Shown here: piece after piece, positions 27,149-36,097 of the stretch
Numbering within the stretch: position 1 is the first letter of the stretch
Layout: each line of letters starts with the position of its first letter
Source of the DNA: an uncultured bacterium
GTDB taxonomy: Bacteria; Desulfobacterota; GWC2-55-46; DRQE01
DNA length: 41,805 nt
NCBI GenBank assembly: GCA_965371305.1
Contig: CBDUXY010000002.1
Coordinates: 1-41,805 of the forward strand
Direction: 5' to 3'
Made by a program: the position numbers and the translations under genes
Notes under the pieces: generated by a model
Seen by the model: only the letters and a program-made list of their open reading frames with translations
The model's database searches: none
Told to the model about the DNA's origin: nothing

Positions 27149-27589
27149 GTGAAAGAGAGTGACCGGATGTTACTTTTCAATATAGATGACAGACGTTTTG
27201 CGCTTGGACTTGAACTGGTGGAAAACGTAGTTGAGTCCGAAAAGATTTATTTGCTGCCATCTGGCAGAAAACCTGTCATAGGGGCGATATCGAACAGGGG
27301 CGAGGCTATCTGCGTCGTAAGCCTCAGAGACCTGTTTGCCCTCGAAGGCGACACCGCTGCTCCTTACAGAATAGTAATTGTAAAAGAAGGCGACCGGATA
27401 CTCGGACTTTGTGCCAGAGGCAGCGAGATAATACTCATGCATAACAGAGGGGAAGAAAGTTTAAGCATTGAGCCGACCGGGAGCAAATATACTTCAGGAA
27501 TTGTCGAATTAGTCAACAAGAAATACGAGATGCTTGACTTTGAGACGATCTACAACGACATTTCAAAACAGTTGGCAAAAAGATTTTAA
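27149..27589 (+). CDS. cheW: CheW-like coupling protein
   Basis: LLFNIDDRRFAL..VENV..LP..VIGAISNRGEAICVVSL pattern; located between the MCP and cheA. Confidence 0.8.
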   Translation: MKESDRMLLFNIDDRRFALGLELVENVVESEKIYLLPSGRKPVIGAISNRGEAICVVSLRDLFALEGDTAAPYRIVIVKEGDRILGLCARGSEIILMHNRGEESLSIEPTGSKYTSGIVELVNKKYEMLDFETIYNDISKQLAKRF

Positions 27590-27683
27590 CGCCTGCGCAG
27601 CACGAATTTTGCAATTGGCTTTTGTGTTTACGGGGCTAAAGACACACAAATAAACATTATATCATCTGCCGTGCGCAGCACCT
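27590..27683 (+). repeat. Single copy of the ~89-bp intergenic unit
   Basis: CGCCTGCG...GCTAAAGACACACAAATAAACATTATATCATCTGCCGTGCGCAGCACC, starting at the base after the cheW stop. Confidence 0.88.
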
Positions 27684-27712
27684 TTAATTCTTGAGAAGAG
27701 TAAAAAAAGAAA

Positions 27713-29428
27713 ATGGACCGTTCACAATTTAAATCGATTTTTCTTCAGGAGACCTACGACAGGCTTGCAAGCATAGAGAAAAGACTCACTACGCTTGAAA
27801 CCGGCAAAGGGGACCTGAACACCGTGGATGCGCTTTTCAGGAGTTACCACTCGATAAAGGGCATGTGCGCCTCCATGGGTTATGAGTCTTTAAAAGACTT
27901 CTCACACCTTCAGGAAGACCTGCTTGAAAAAATAAGAAACAATAAAAAGGGCCTTACCTCTGACGTCTTCTCTTCACTTTTTGAGGCTCTCGATACGATG
28001 AAGGGCATGGTACAGATGGTGGAAGACGATATCGATCTTGAAGACCTTGACATTAGCGAGATCAGGGACAAGATCAATCATCTAATAAAACTGCAGGATA
28101 AACCTGAAGGGCTTAGCTGGTTCGGTCAAGAAAACGAGACCATGCCTGCGCCGCTTCAGACCACCTCAGAACCGAGCGCGTCAGAGCCGGGCGCGGCTTT
28201 GCCGCAGAGTCAGTCAGAGACACCTCAATCACCCCCCTCGCCAACGAAGCAGCCAACCATCAGGCTCTCGCCCATAATGAAAGTGGAGCGGCGCGTGTTC
28301 GACGAACTGCTTAAACTAAACGGCGACCTCGTAACCGTGTTCTCGGGTATAAAGATGCTTGCCATGAGGTCCAAGTCCGTGGATCTGTCCGAGAGGGCCC
28401 ACAAGCTTGAGAGAATTATAGAACAGCTAAACTCCAATTTATTGTCAACAAGGATGCTCCAGTTCTATAACCTGACGCAAAACCTGCCAAGCGTGGTGCG
28501 GGACATTACCAGACAGAGCAACAAGGACGTCGAACTAAAGATAGAAGGCGGCGAAGTAAGCCTTGATATGTCCGTGCTCGAAGGAGTCGCCTCCCCTCTT
28601 ATCCATATCATAAGAAACGCCCTGGACCACGGCATAGAATCGCCGCAAGAAAGGGAGAACATAGGCAAACCCGTAAAAGGCACGATAACCGTCCAGGCCT
28701 TTGACAAAAGAGACAACATTTCCATTGTCGTATCGGATGACGGACGCGGCATAGACATTCACAGGTTAAAAGAGCGGGCACGCCTGGCCGGGATGCCTGG
28801 CGAGCAGCTTGCCGCTATGAGCGAGAAAGAAGCGGTACGGCTGATTTGTGTGCCCGGAATAAGCCTTTCCGACACTGTAACGGATGTTTCCGGCAGGGGC
28901 GTTGGCATGGACGTTGTAAAGAGCTCGGTCGAAGGCGTTGGCGGCACGCTTGAGATAAAGTCCAACCTTGGCAAAGGTACGACCATCATAATGACTCTTC
29001 CACGCATGGCCTCCATTATTAAAATACTGCTTTTAAAACTTTCCGATGAACTGATAGCCATACCTATTACAAGAATTGAACGGATAATCGAATACACCAC
29101 AGCCATGGTGACAGAGGGCAAGTATAAATACAACGGCAAGAAAATACCGGTTAACGACCTCTCCATGCTTCTCGACATTAATACAGGCTCTGTCAACGGA
29201 AGTGGCAAACTTATCGTGCTTGAAAGCGGCGAAGACGAGGGTGAGTTTTACGGCGTACTTGTCCAGGACGCAGGAACAGAGATCGACGCTTATATACGTC
29301 CCCTCTCAAACCTTTTCAAACACCTTAAAGGTATAATCGGTTACACCGTGACCGACGACAAACGCCCCGTGTTTGTGCTTGATACGTCACAGCTTGAATC
29401 CATATCTTTCGGGACGGGAGACGCTTAG
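27713..29428 (+). CDS. cheA: Chemotaxis-type histidine kinase CheA (HPt-linker-dimer-HATPase-CheW)
   Basis: LFRSYHSIKGM, HIIRNALDHGIE, DDGRG and SGRGVGMDVV; no REC domain. Confidence 0.93.
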   Translation: MDRSQFKSIFLQETYDRLASIEKRLTTLETGKGDLNTVDALFRSYHSIKGMCASMGYESLKDFSHLQEDLLEKIRNNKKGLTSDVFSSLFEALDTMKGMVQMVEDDIDLEDLDISEIRDKINHLIKLQDKPEGLSWFGQENETMPAPLQTTSEPSASEPGAALPQSQSETPQSPPSPTKQPTIRLSPIMKVERRVFDELLKLNGDLVTVFSGIKMLAMRSKSVDLSERAHKLERIIEQLNSNLLSTRMLQFYNLTQNLPSVVRDITRQSNKDVELKIEGGEVSLDMSVLEGVASPLIHIIRNALDHGIESPQERENIGKPVKGTITVQAFDKRDNISIVVSDDGRGIDIHRLKERARLAGMPGEQLAAMSEKEAVRLICVPGISLSDTVTDVSGRGVGMDVVKSSVEGVGGTLEIKSNLGKGTTIIMTLPRMASIIKILLLKLSDELIAIPITRIERIIEYTTAMVTEGKYKYNGKKIPVNDLSMLLDINTGSVNGSGKLIVLESGEDEGEFYGVLVQDAGTEIDAYIRPLSNLFKHLKGIIGYTVTDDKRPVFVLDTSQLESISFGTGDA

Positions 29429-29431
29429 CCT

Positions 29432-30193
29432 GTGAACGTAAAGGCTTTAAAAAAGCTGCTTGCCGGTGTCAGCACGGGCAAAGTCAACGTAGCTGCTGCT
29501 TTGCAAAAACTAAAGGAACTTCCGTTTGACGACGAACTTCCGTTTGCTACAATCGACACCCACCGCTCGCTCAGGCAGGGTTTTCCCGAGGTAATCTACG
29601 GTCAGGGCAAGACAACGGCGCAGATCAGAAAAATAGCGCTTGCCATGAAAAAAAGGAAAGAAAACGTCCTTATAACCCGCCTTGACGCCAAAAAAGCCGC
29701 AACTCTCAAAAAGACCTTTTCCCCATCCAAAGACGCCGAATATAACAAGACTGCACGCACGTTATTTATCAAAAGCCACGGAATAAAAGAAACAGGTAGG
29801 GGCGACGTGCTTGTCATAAGTGCCGGCACCTCGGACGTGCCCGTTGCCGAAGAAGCAGCCGTAACGGCCGAGTCAATGGGTAACAAAGTCGGGCGCATGT
29901 ACGATGTCGGGGTCTCCGGCATCCACCGCCTGCTTCATAAAAAAGAAGAGCTCTTTTCCGCAAACGTGCTTATCGTCGTTGCGGGTATGGAAGGCGCCCT
30001 GCCAAGTGTCGTAGCAGGGCTTGTGGACAGGCCCGTCATTGCCGTACCAACGAGCATCGGCTACGGGGCCAACCTTGGCGGCATTACAACGCTGCTTGCA
30101 ATGCTTAACTCCTGCGCCTCGGGCATAACCGTGGTAAACATCGACAACGGCTTTGGCGCGGGGTACGCGGCAAGCCTTATTAATAAGGAATAA
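29432..30193 (+). CDS. larB: Nickel-pincer cofactor biosynthesis protein LarB
   Basis: DTHRSLRQGFPEVIYGQGK, AGTSD.PVAEEA, DVGVSGIHRL, VAGMEGALPSV and VVNIDNGFGA. Confidence 0.93.
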   Translation: MNVKALKKLLAGVSTGKVNVAAALQKLKELPFDDELPFATIDTHRSLRQGFPEVIYGQGKTTAQIRKIALAMKKRKENVLITRLDAKKAATLKKTFSPSKDAEYNKTARTLFIKSHGIKETGRGDVLVISAGTSDVPVAEEAAVTAESMGNKVGRMYDVGVSGIHRLLHKKEELFSANVLIVVAGMEGALPSVVAGLVDRPVIAVPTSIGYGANLGGITTLLAMLNSCASGITVVNIDNGFGAGYAASLINKE

Positions 30194-30285
30194 TGTGAAA
30201 AAAACGGCTGGTAATCTATGCGCTTATCACTATGCCTTCCCATCACAGATAGACAGATAAAAATTATTTAAAAGGCTACAGCAAA

Positions 30286-31476
30286 ATGAAAATCTTGTAC
30301 TTCGATTGTCCAACAGGCATTAGCGGGGATATGTGTCTGGCAGCACTTTTAGACCTTGGCGACCCCGGACTTGACATAAAAAAGCTTAAAAGAGAACTCA
30401 AGAAGGTGCCTGTCGCAGGTTATGAGTTAAAGGTCTCAAGACAAAAACGCCACGCCATCACAGGTACGCGCTTTAAGGTCAAGACCGACGAAAAACACCC
30501 GCACAGAAAATACCGCGACATACTCGATATAATAGACAAGAGCAAACTCTCTAAAGAAGTAAAGGAACTTGGCAAGGCAATGTTCGACCGTATTGCCGTT
30601 GCCGAAGGCCGCGTTCACGGCATCAGTCCAATGGAGGTTGAGTTTCACGAGGTAGGGGCGGTCGATTCGATTGTAGACATAATGGGTGTTGCCATCGCAA
30701 TGTATGAACTTGAAATCGGAGAAGTTCACGCTTCCCCCATTCCCCTTGGCTCGGGCTCGGTAAACACCATGCACGGCATTTTACCAATTCCAGCCCCTGC
30801 GACTCTTGAGATAATAGAAGACATGCCGGTTGTCCCCTCGCCAATCACAATGGAGCTTACGACACCAACTGGCGCGGTCATTCTAAAAACCCTTTGTAAA
30901 AGCTTTGGCATGATGCCCGCTATGACAATCAAAAAGACCGGCTACGGAGTCGGAGGCAAGGATTTTAAAGAACTTGCAAACGTGCTCCGGGTGGTGCTTG
31001 GCGAAAACGAAACTAAAAAACTCGAAAGCCCGGAGCCAACAGAACTTTTACAGATAGAAACCAATATAGACGACATGAGCGGCCAGGTGGCGGGTTATCT
31101 AATGGAAAGGCTTTTTGAGGCAGGAGCCGTGGAGGCATTTTTCACCCCCGCGCAGATGAAAAAATCCAGACCAGGCATACTTATAACCGTACTTGCAGAG
31201 GAAAAACTTCTCGATACAATCTCAGAATTAATATTTGCCGAATCAAGCTCCATAGGTCTCCGGTACCATAAAGTTTCAAGGAAATGCCTTGAAAGGGAGG
31301 TCATAAAAGTCACCCCCCCCTACGGCACAGTCCGGGTGAAGGTCTCGCGATTGGACAATAAGGTCGTAAACATAAGCCCTGAATACGAGGACTGCAAGGC
31401 CCTTGCCAGAGAGAAAAACGTGCCGATAAAAGACGTTATGGACGCTGCCTGTTGCATTGCAAAAACCCTTGTCTGA
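30286..31476 (+). CDS. larC: Nickel-pincer cofactor nickel insertase LarC (single ORF)
   Basis: GISGDM, FHEVGAVDSIVDI, HGILPIPAPAT, TPTGA, ETNIDD, MKKSRPG and PEYEDC. Confidence 0.93.
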   Translation: MKILYFDCPTGISGDMCLAALLDLGDPGLDIKKLKRELKKVPVAGYELKVSRQKRHAITGTRFKVKTDEKHPHRKYRDILDIIDKSKLSKEVKELGKAMFDRIAVAEGRVHGISPMEVEFHEVGAVDSIVDIMGVAIAMYELEIGEVHASPIPLGSGSVNTMHGILPIPAPATLEIIEDMPVVPSPITMELTTPTGAVILKTLCKSFGMMPAMTIKKTGYGVGGKDFKELANVLRVVLGENETKKLESPEPTELLQIETNIDDMSGQVAGYLMERLFEAGAVEAFFTPAQMKKSRPGILITVLAEEKLLDTISELIFAESSSIGLRYHKVSRKCLEREVIKVTPPYGTVRVKVSRLDNKVVNISPEYEDCKALAREKNVPIKDVMDAACCIAKTLV

Positions 31477-31688
31477 CACTCAGGATTGACTTACCCGTGT
31501 AAATTACTGACTCTGTTTAAAGTTTTACCAGTGAAAATTGTCGACACTGTTTTAAGTTCCACCGATGCCACTTGCGTATTAAAGCGGTCTCAGGCCGAAG
31601 CGGTCATATAAACTTTTCTGGTGTTTATTGCCGACTCGATGATGAATTTGCTCTAAGCTACTTGCGAATTAAAACTGCCCCTGGTAGT

Positions 31689-31718
31689 TTGACTATGCAG
31701 GCCGAATCTGTTTATAAT
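31689..31718 (+). promoter_or_regulatory. Sigma70-type promoter
   Basis: TTGACT-N18-TATAAT upstream of the MBL gene. Confidence 0.5.
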
Positions 31719-31768
31719 ATAATACGTTGAGTGAAATACGTTACAATACAAATGAAGGACTTCGTAGT

Positions 31769-32608
31769 ATGCGTATAAAATGTTGGGGATCAAGAGGCTC
31801 TATTGCGGTTTCAGGCCGGAAGTATCTTAAATACGGCGGAGATACCACGTGTGTTGAAGTCGTAAGCAATAACGGAGACCTCATAATAATTGACGCCGGT
31901 ACCGGTATAAGGGAACTCGGTAACGAGCTTGTAAGAACGGGTAGAAATAGCATAAATGTAATTTTCACCCATCCTCACTGGGACCACCTGTCCGGGTTTC
32001 CGTTTTTCAAACCCCTTTACAGGAAAGACACCGACATACACGTGCGCGGTCCACGCACCACAAGGGACTCGGTCATGAACATCGTCTCAAAGACCATGTC
32101 CCCGCCGTACTTCCCTGTTGAGCTTGAGGACATCAGCTCTGACATAAGTTTCCACGCAACAGGGCCCAAGAGCTTTGAGATCGGTTCTGTAAAAATTCAG
32201 AGCATCCCGCTTAACCACACTAACAGGGGCGTTGGGTACCGGCTTGAAGAAGACGGCAAGTCCTTTGTTTTTCTAACAGACAACGAGCTTGCCCACCATC
32301 ACCCCGAGGGACGTAAAGCGGCAGACTACATGAAGTTCTCGGAAGGCGCTGATTTATTGTTCCACGACGCGGAGTTTACTCCTGAGGAATACAAAAACAC
32401 AAAGGGCTGGGGACATTCCGTTTACCTTGATACGGTAGAGCTTGCCATGAAAGCAGGGGTTCGGAAGCTTGGCCTGTTCCACCATAACCAGGACCGCTCG
32501 GACGATGGCATCGATAAGATTGTCAGACACAGCAAGCGGGTCATAAAAGAAAACTCCTCTGAACTCAAGTGCCTGGCCGTTGCCACGGGAACAGAGATAA
32601 AACTTTAA
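31769..32608 (+). CDS. Metallo-beta-lactamase-fold hydrolase (RNase Z/PhnP-like phosphodiesterase)
   Basis: WGSRGS, YGGDTTC, DAGTG, THPHWDH, LTDNE, GWGHS and LFHH. ATG 31769 follows GAAGGA. Confidence 0.88.
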   Translation: MRIKCWGSRGSIAVSGRKYLKYGGDTTCVEVVSNNGDLIIIDAGTGIRELGNELVRTGRNSINVIFTHPHWDHLSGFPFFKPLYRKDTDIHVRGPRTTRDSVMNIVSKTMSPPYFPVELEDISSDISFHATGPKSFEIGSVKIQSIPLNHTNRGVGYRLEEDGKSFVFLTDNELAHHHPEGRKAADYMKFSEGADLLFHDAEFTPEEYKNTKGWGHSVYLDTVELAMKAGVRKLGLFHHNQDRSDDGIDKIVRHSKRVIKENSSELKCLAVATGTEIKL

Positions 32609-32615
32609 AACCCTA

Positions 32616-32891
32616 CGCCTGCGGCGGGCGAATTCAGTAACAGATTTTTGTAGTTGCGGTACTGAAGATACACAAATAAGCATTATAGTATTCGCCGTGC
32701 GCAGCGCCTGCGGCGGGCGGATTCAGTAACAGGTTTTTGTAGTTGCGGTACTGAAGATACACAAATAAGCATTATAGTATTCGCCGTGCGCAGCACCTGC
32801 GGCGGGCGAATTTAGCAATCAGCTTTTGGGCTTACAGAGCTAAAGACACACAAAATCAATATTCTATCATCTGCCATACACAGCACCTGCA
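32616..32891 (+). repeat. Array of the ~89-bp intergenic unit (3 units)
   Basis: CRCCTGCGGCGGGCG at 32616, 32705 and 32794 and CACCTGC at 32884 (periods 89, 89, 90). Confidence 0.92.
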
Positions 32892-32929
32892 GGATAAAAG
32901 ACTTTTAAGCTATTATATTATGACTGCCA

Positions 32930-33295
32930 ATGACTAAAAAGTACGGAGAAAAAGAAATCGACGAGGCAACGCTAATTCCCTGGGACAACCCCACGCCTGA
33001 GAGAGACTATACGATTGAAATAAGTTATCCGGAATTTACCTGCCTGTGTCCACGCTCGGGATACCCCGACTTCGCCACCATAATACTCTCTTACGTACCT
33101 GACGAAAAAGTAGTGGAGCTGAAGTCCTTTAAGCTCTATCTTAATTCGTTTAGAGACAGGAAGGTCTCGCACGAGGCCGTAATTAATGAGATATTCGACG
33201 AACTTAAAAACCTTCTCTCTCCTCGCTCACTCGACCTCACAGGGGATTTTAACGTAAGGGGCAACGTAAAGACCGTCATAAGGGTAAGTCTTTAG
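32930..33295 (+). CDS. queF: NADPH-dependent preQ0 reductase (short, unimodular type)
   Basis: [26 protein letters not shown] and SHE motifs. Confidence 0.93.
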   Translation: MTKKYGEKEIDEATLIPWDNPTPERDYTIEISYPEFTCLCPRSGYPDFATIILSYVPDEKVVELKSFKLYLNSFRDRKVSHEAVINEIFDELKNLLSPRSLDLTGDFNVRGNVKTVIRVSL

Positions 33296-33297
33296 GT

Positions 33298-36060
33298 CTA
33301 ACCCTTCCCCATGCCTTTTAATATTTCCTGCAGCAAATCGTCGAGTTTATCTACCTTATAAGGCTTTGCCAGAACTCCGCAAAACCCATACGTTTCGTAT
33401 TCGGCCATTATTTTATCGTTCGAATACCCGCTTGAGACGATTGCCTTCACTTCAGGGTCGATTTCAAGGAGCCGCTTTATGGCCTCTTCCCCCCCCATAC
33501 CGCCTCGTATGGTCAGGTCCATTATGACCACGTCAAAAGGCGCGTCCTCTTCCATAGCCTTCACGTACATGGAAATGGCTTCATAACCATCTGCCGCTAT
33601 CGAAGGGGTGTAACCGCAATGTTCAAGCAGTCCCGGCATAGCCATTCTTAAATCATCTTCATCATCCATTAGAAGTATCCTGCCTGGAACCCGCCGCGAG
33701 CTTTCATCCGCCTCTTTCCTGCAAGTCTTAAGTGTGCCCGACGATGCAGGCAGATACGTATAAAAAGTCGAGCCTTTCCCTTTTTCACTATGGACCGTGA
33801 TGAGTCCCTCATGCTTTTTCACAATCGAATATGACGTCGCAAGCCCAAGACCGTACCCGCCCTCCTTTGTAGTGAAATAAGGGTCAAACAAGTGGGGGAG
33901 ATCTTTTTCGCTAATTCCCATACCGCAGTCAGAGACCTTTATCCTGACATATCTGCCGGGCAGTAGAGGTACGCTGCCCCCGGCCTCAATGGTGATATTC
34001 TCGGCGCCGACCTCTATCGAGCCGCCGTCGGGCATGGCATGGTCCGCATTAATAACGAGGTTGTTAATGACCTGGCTCATCTGCCCCTCGTCAACGTCCA
34101 CCGGCCACAGATCCTCTGGAATTGAAAACTCACATTTAACGTTAGAACCGGATACGACAAAATTAACCGTATCCTTTATGAGTTCTCCTATGGAGGCGGT
34201 CTTTCTTATAGGCGCGCCGCCTCTGGAAAAAGTCAGAAGCTGCAATGTCAGAGCGGCTGCCCTATGAACCGAATTCTCTGCCTTTATGATGTTTTCTACG
34301 ACGTCCTTACCCTTTGCCGCGCGTATCTTTGCAAGGTTTAAAAGGGCAAGCAGCGTTGCCAGGATATTATTAAAGTCATGAGCTATGCCGCCCGCAAGCA
34401 GACCGAGCGAGGCAAGTTTTCCTGCCTTGAGCTTCTCATCCTCAAGTCTCTTATGATCTGTTATGTCTATCATAAGGCCACGGATATGACTCACCCTGCC
34501 GCTCTTGTCTTGAACCGGGCGGACAATATCGTGTATCCATACAACCTTGTCGTCGGCAGCCACCATGCGGTAGTCAAGTTCAACGTTCCTGACCGAGCTT
34601 ACGACCTTCTTGCAACTATCAAGGACTCTCTCACGGTCCTCGGGGTGTATGATACCCGGCCAGAGTTCTTTCCCTGTAAGCCACATACGAGTTGGATAAC
34701 GCAGTATATCTTCAGCCTGGCGGCTTATAAAGGTGCAGGTCATGGTGTCGGCTTCCGCCTCCCAGGTAATGGCGTGCACACTGTCAACAAGCTCTCTATA
34801 TCGTTCCTCGCCCGCCCTGAGCACATCCTCGCTTGCGCGCAGGTCCTCTTCGCTGCGCATCCTTTCGGCAACTTCCTTCACAAGGACCTTGTTGGTCCTT
34901 GTAAGTTCGTTTGTACGCTCAAGAACCCATTCTTCAAGCTCGGATTTTGCGTTTTCGAGTATCTCCCGCTCATCCCTTGCGGCCTCCTCGGCGCGCGCAA
35001 TAAACCAGGCAATAAAACCTATTAAAATAATCATTGCAAGAGAGGGCAGGATAAACCTCCAGATACTGGAGCCAACATTAAGCATGGAGGCCGGAACATG
35101 CGATATTATCTTCCAGTAAGGCATGTTTACAGGGGTTGCGTCTTTAGTGTCTTTCATGCCTGAAGTTTTTCCATAAAGGCGCACCGTTACGAACGTGAAC
35201 AAATCTCCCTGGCTAAGAACCTGGCCCGATTCCTGAGCGGACACCTGCTCCCATGCCTCAGGATACTGTCTGGCAAAAGTCCGGTCCTTTCTGTCCTCGA
35301 ACATAAAGCCCCATTCGTCTTTACGGCTCATACCAAAAAGATAATACCCGCTTGAATTAAGCAGCATAAAGTGTCCACGCTTACTCTGAAACGTGCTATT
35401 TAACCTGTGTATAAGCTTTGCTCCGAGATAGTTAAGCACCAGGATGCCTTGTTTTTCACCTTGTTCATCGAAAACAGGAGCTGCAAAACGTATCATAGGC
35501 TTTAAAGGGAATTCAATCTCGCCGGCTTCAATATTAAGGTCAAAAGAAGAAATAAACACCTCGCTCTTATTAAGCCCTATAGCCTCTTTAAAATAATACC
35601 TGTCGGACTTGTTTTGAAGCTCGTCTACAGGCACAGTGTTGAAGTTACCACCATTAGAATTAATGCGGATTAGTTCCATGCCGTCAAGACCGATAAGGCG
35701 TATCTGGTCATATATAGTTTTTGCGGAAGCAAAAGCATAGTACTCTCCGGCAAGCTTGTTATAAGTGGCCGAATTTTTCTTTTTAAAAAACTCCCTTAAC
35801 TCACTTACTTTGGTCAGATAAGTCAAATCAGAAAACACCGAAGAACTCAGGTCGTCAATAATAGCCTGTTTTTGATATTTGGCCCCATCTCGCTCGCTTG
35901 TGGCAAGCACCCCCATAGCGCCGTTCCTGTCCATCCGGTACATTGTAACGGTAACAACAACCACCGCCAGAGAAAGCGGCAGAAAAACAGTAAGAAACCG
36001 CTTTAAAAAAAGCATGCGGACTTCATTACCTATATTTGTTTTTTCTTCTTTATCCGTCAT
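33298..36060 (-). CDS. Hybrid sensor kinase (TM-Cache-TM-PAS-HisKA-HATPase-REC)
   Basis: YDQIRLI/DRYYF/KPMIRFAAPV periplasmic Cache pattern; IHPEDR PAS; GIAHDFNN, FDPYFTTK, GLGLA; REC with IMDLT. Confidence 0.92.
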   Translation of the reverse strand: MTDKEEKTNIGNEVRMLFLKRFLTVFLPLSLAVVVVTVTMYRMDRNGAMGVLATSERDGAKYQKQAIIDDLSSSVFSDLTYLTKVSELREFFKKKNSATYNKLAGEYYAFASAKTIYDQIRLIGLDGMELIRINSNGGNFNTVPVDELQNKSDRYYFKEAIGLNKSEVFISSFDLNIEAGEIEFPLKPMIRFAAPVFDEQGEKQGILVLNYLGAKLIHRLNSTFQSKRGHFMLLNSSGYYLFGMSRKDEWGFMFEDRKDRTFARQYPEAWEQVSAQESGQVLSQGDLFTFVTVRLYGKTSGMKDTKDATPVNMPYWKIISHVPASMLNVGSSIWRFILPSLAMIILIGFIAWFIARAEEAARDEREILENAKSELEEWVLERTNELTRTNKVLVKEVAERMRSEEDLRASEDVLRAGEERYRELVDSVHAITWEAEADTMTCTFISRQAEDILRYPTRMWLTGKELWPGIIHPEDRERVLDSCKKVVSSVRNVELDYRMVAADDKVVWIHDIVRPVQDKSGRVSHIRGLMIDITDHKRLEDEKLKAGKLASLGLLAGGIAHDFNNILATLLALLNLAKIRAAKGKDVVENIIKAENSVHRAAALTLQLLTFSRGGAPIRKTASIGELIKDTVNFVVSGSNVKCEFSIPEDLWPVDVDEGQMSQVINNLVINADHAMPDGGSIEVGAENITIEAGGSVPLLPGRYVRIKVSDCGMGISEKDLPHLFDPYFTTKEGGYGLGLATSYSIVKKHEGLITVHSEKGKGSTFYTYLPASSGTLKTCRKEADESSRRVPGRILLMDDEDDLRMAMPGLLEHCGYTPSIAADGYEAISMYVKAMEEDAPFDVVIMDLTIRGGMGGEEAIKRLLEIDPEVKAIVSSGYSNDKIMAEYETYGFCGVLAKPYKVDKLDDLLQEILKGMGKG

Positions 36061-36097
36061 TTTTATTTTCCGAAACCAATATTTATATTATACCAAT

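Noticed and set aside
26901-27152. 83-aa ORF between the MCP and cheW
   Set aside because: Composed almost entirely of the 89-bp repeat units; not CheY-like.
32616-32891. CRISPR array or preQ1 riboswitch upstream of queF
   Set aside because: The 'spacers' are homologous to one another and to units elsewhere; no preQ1 consensus recognised.
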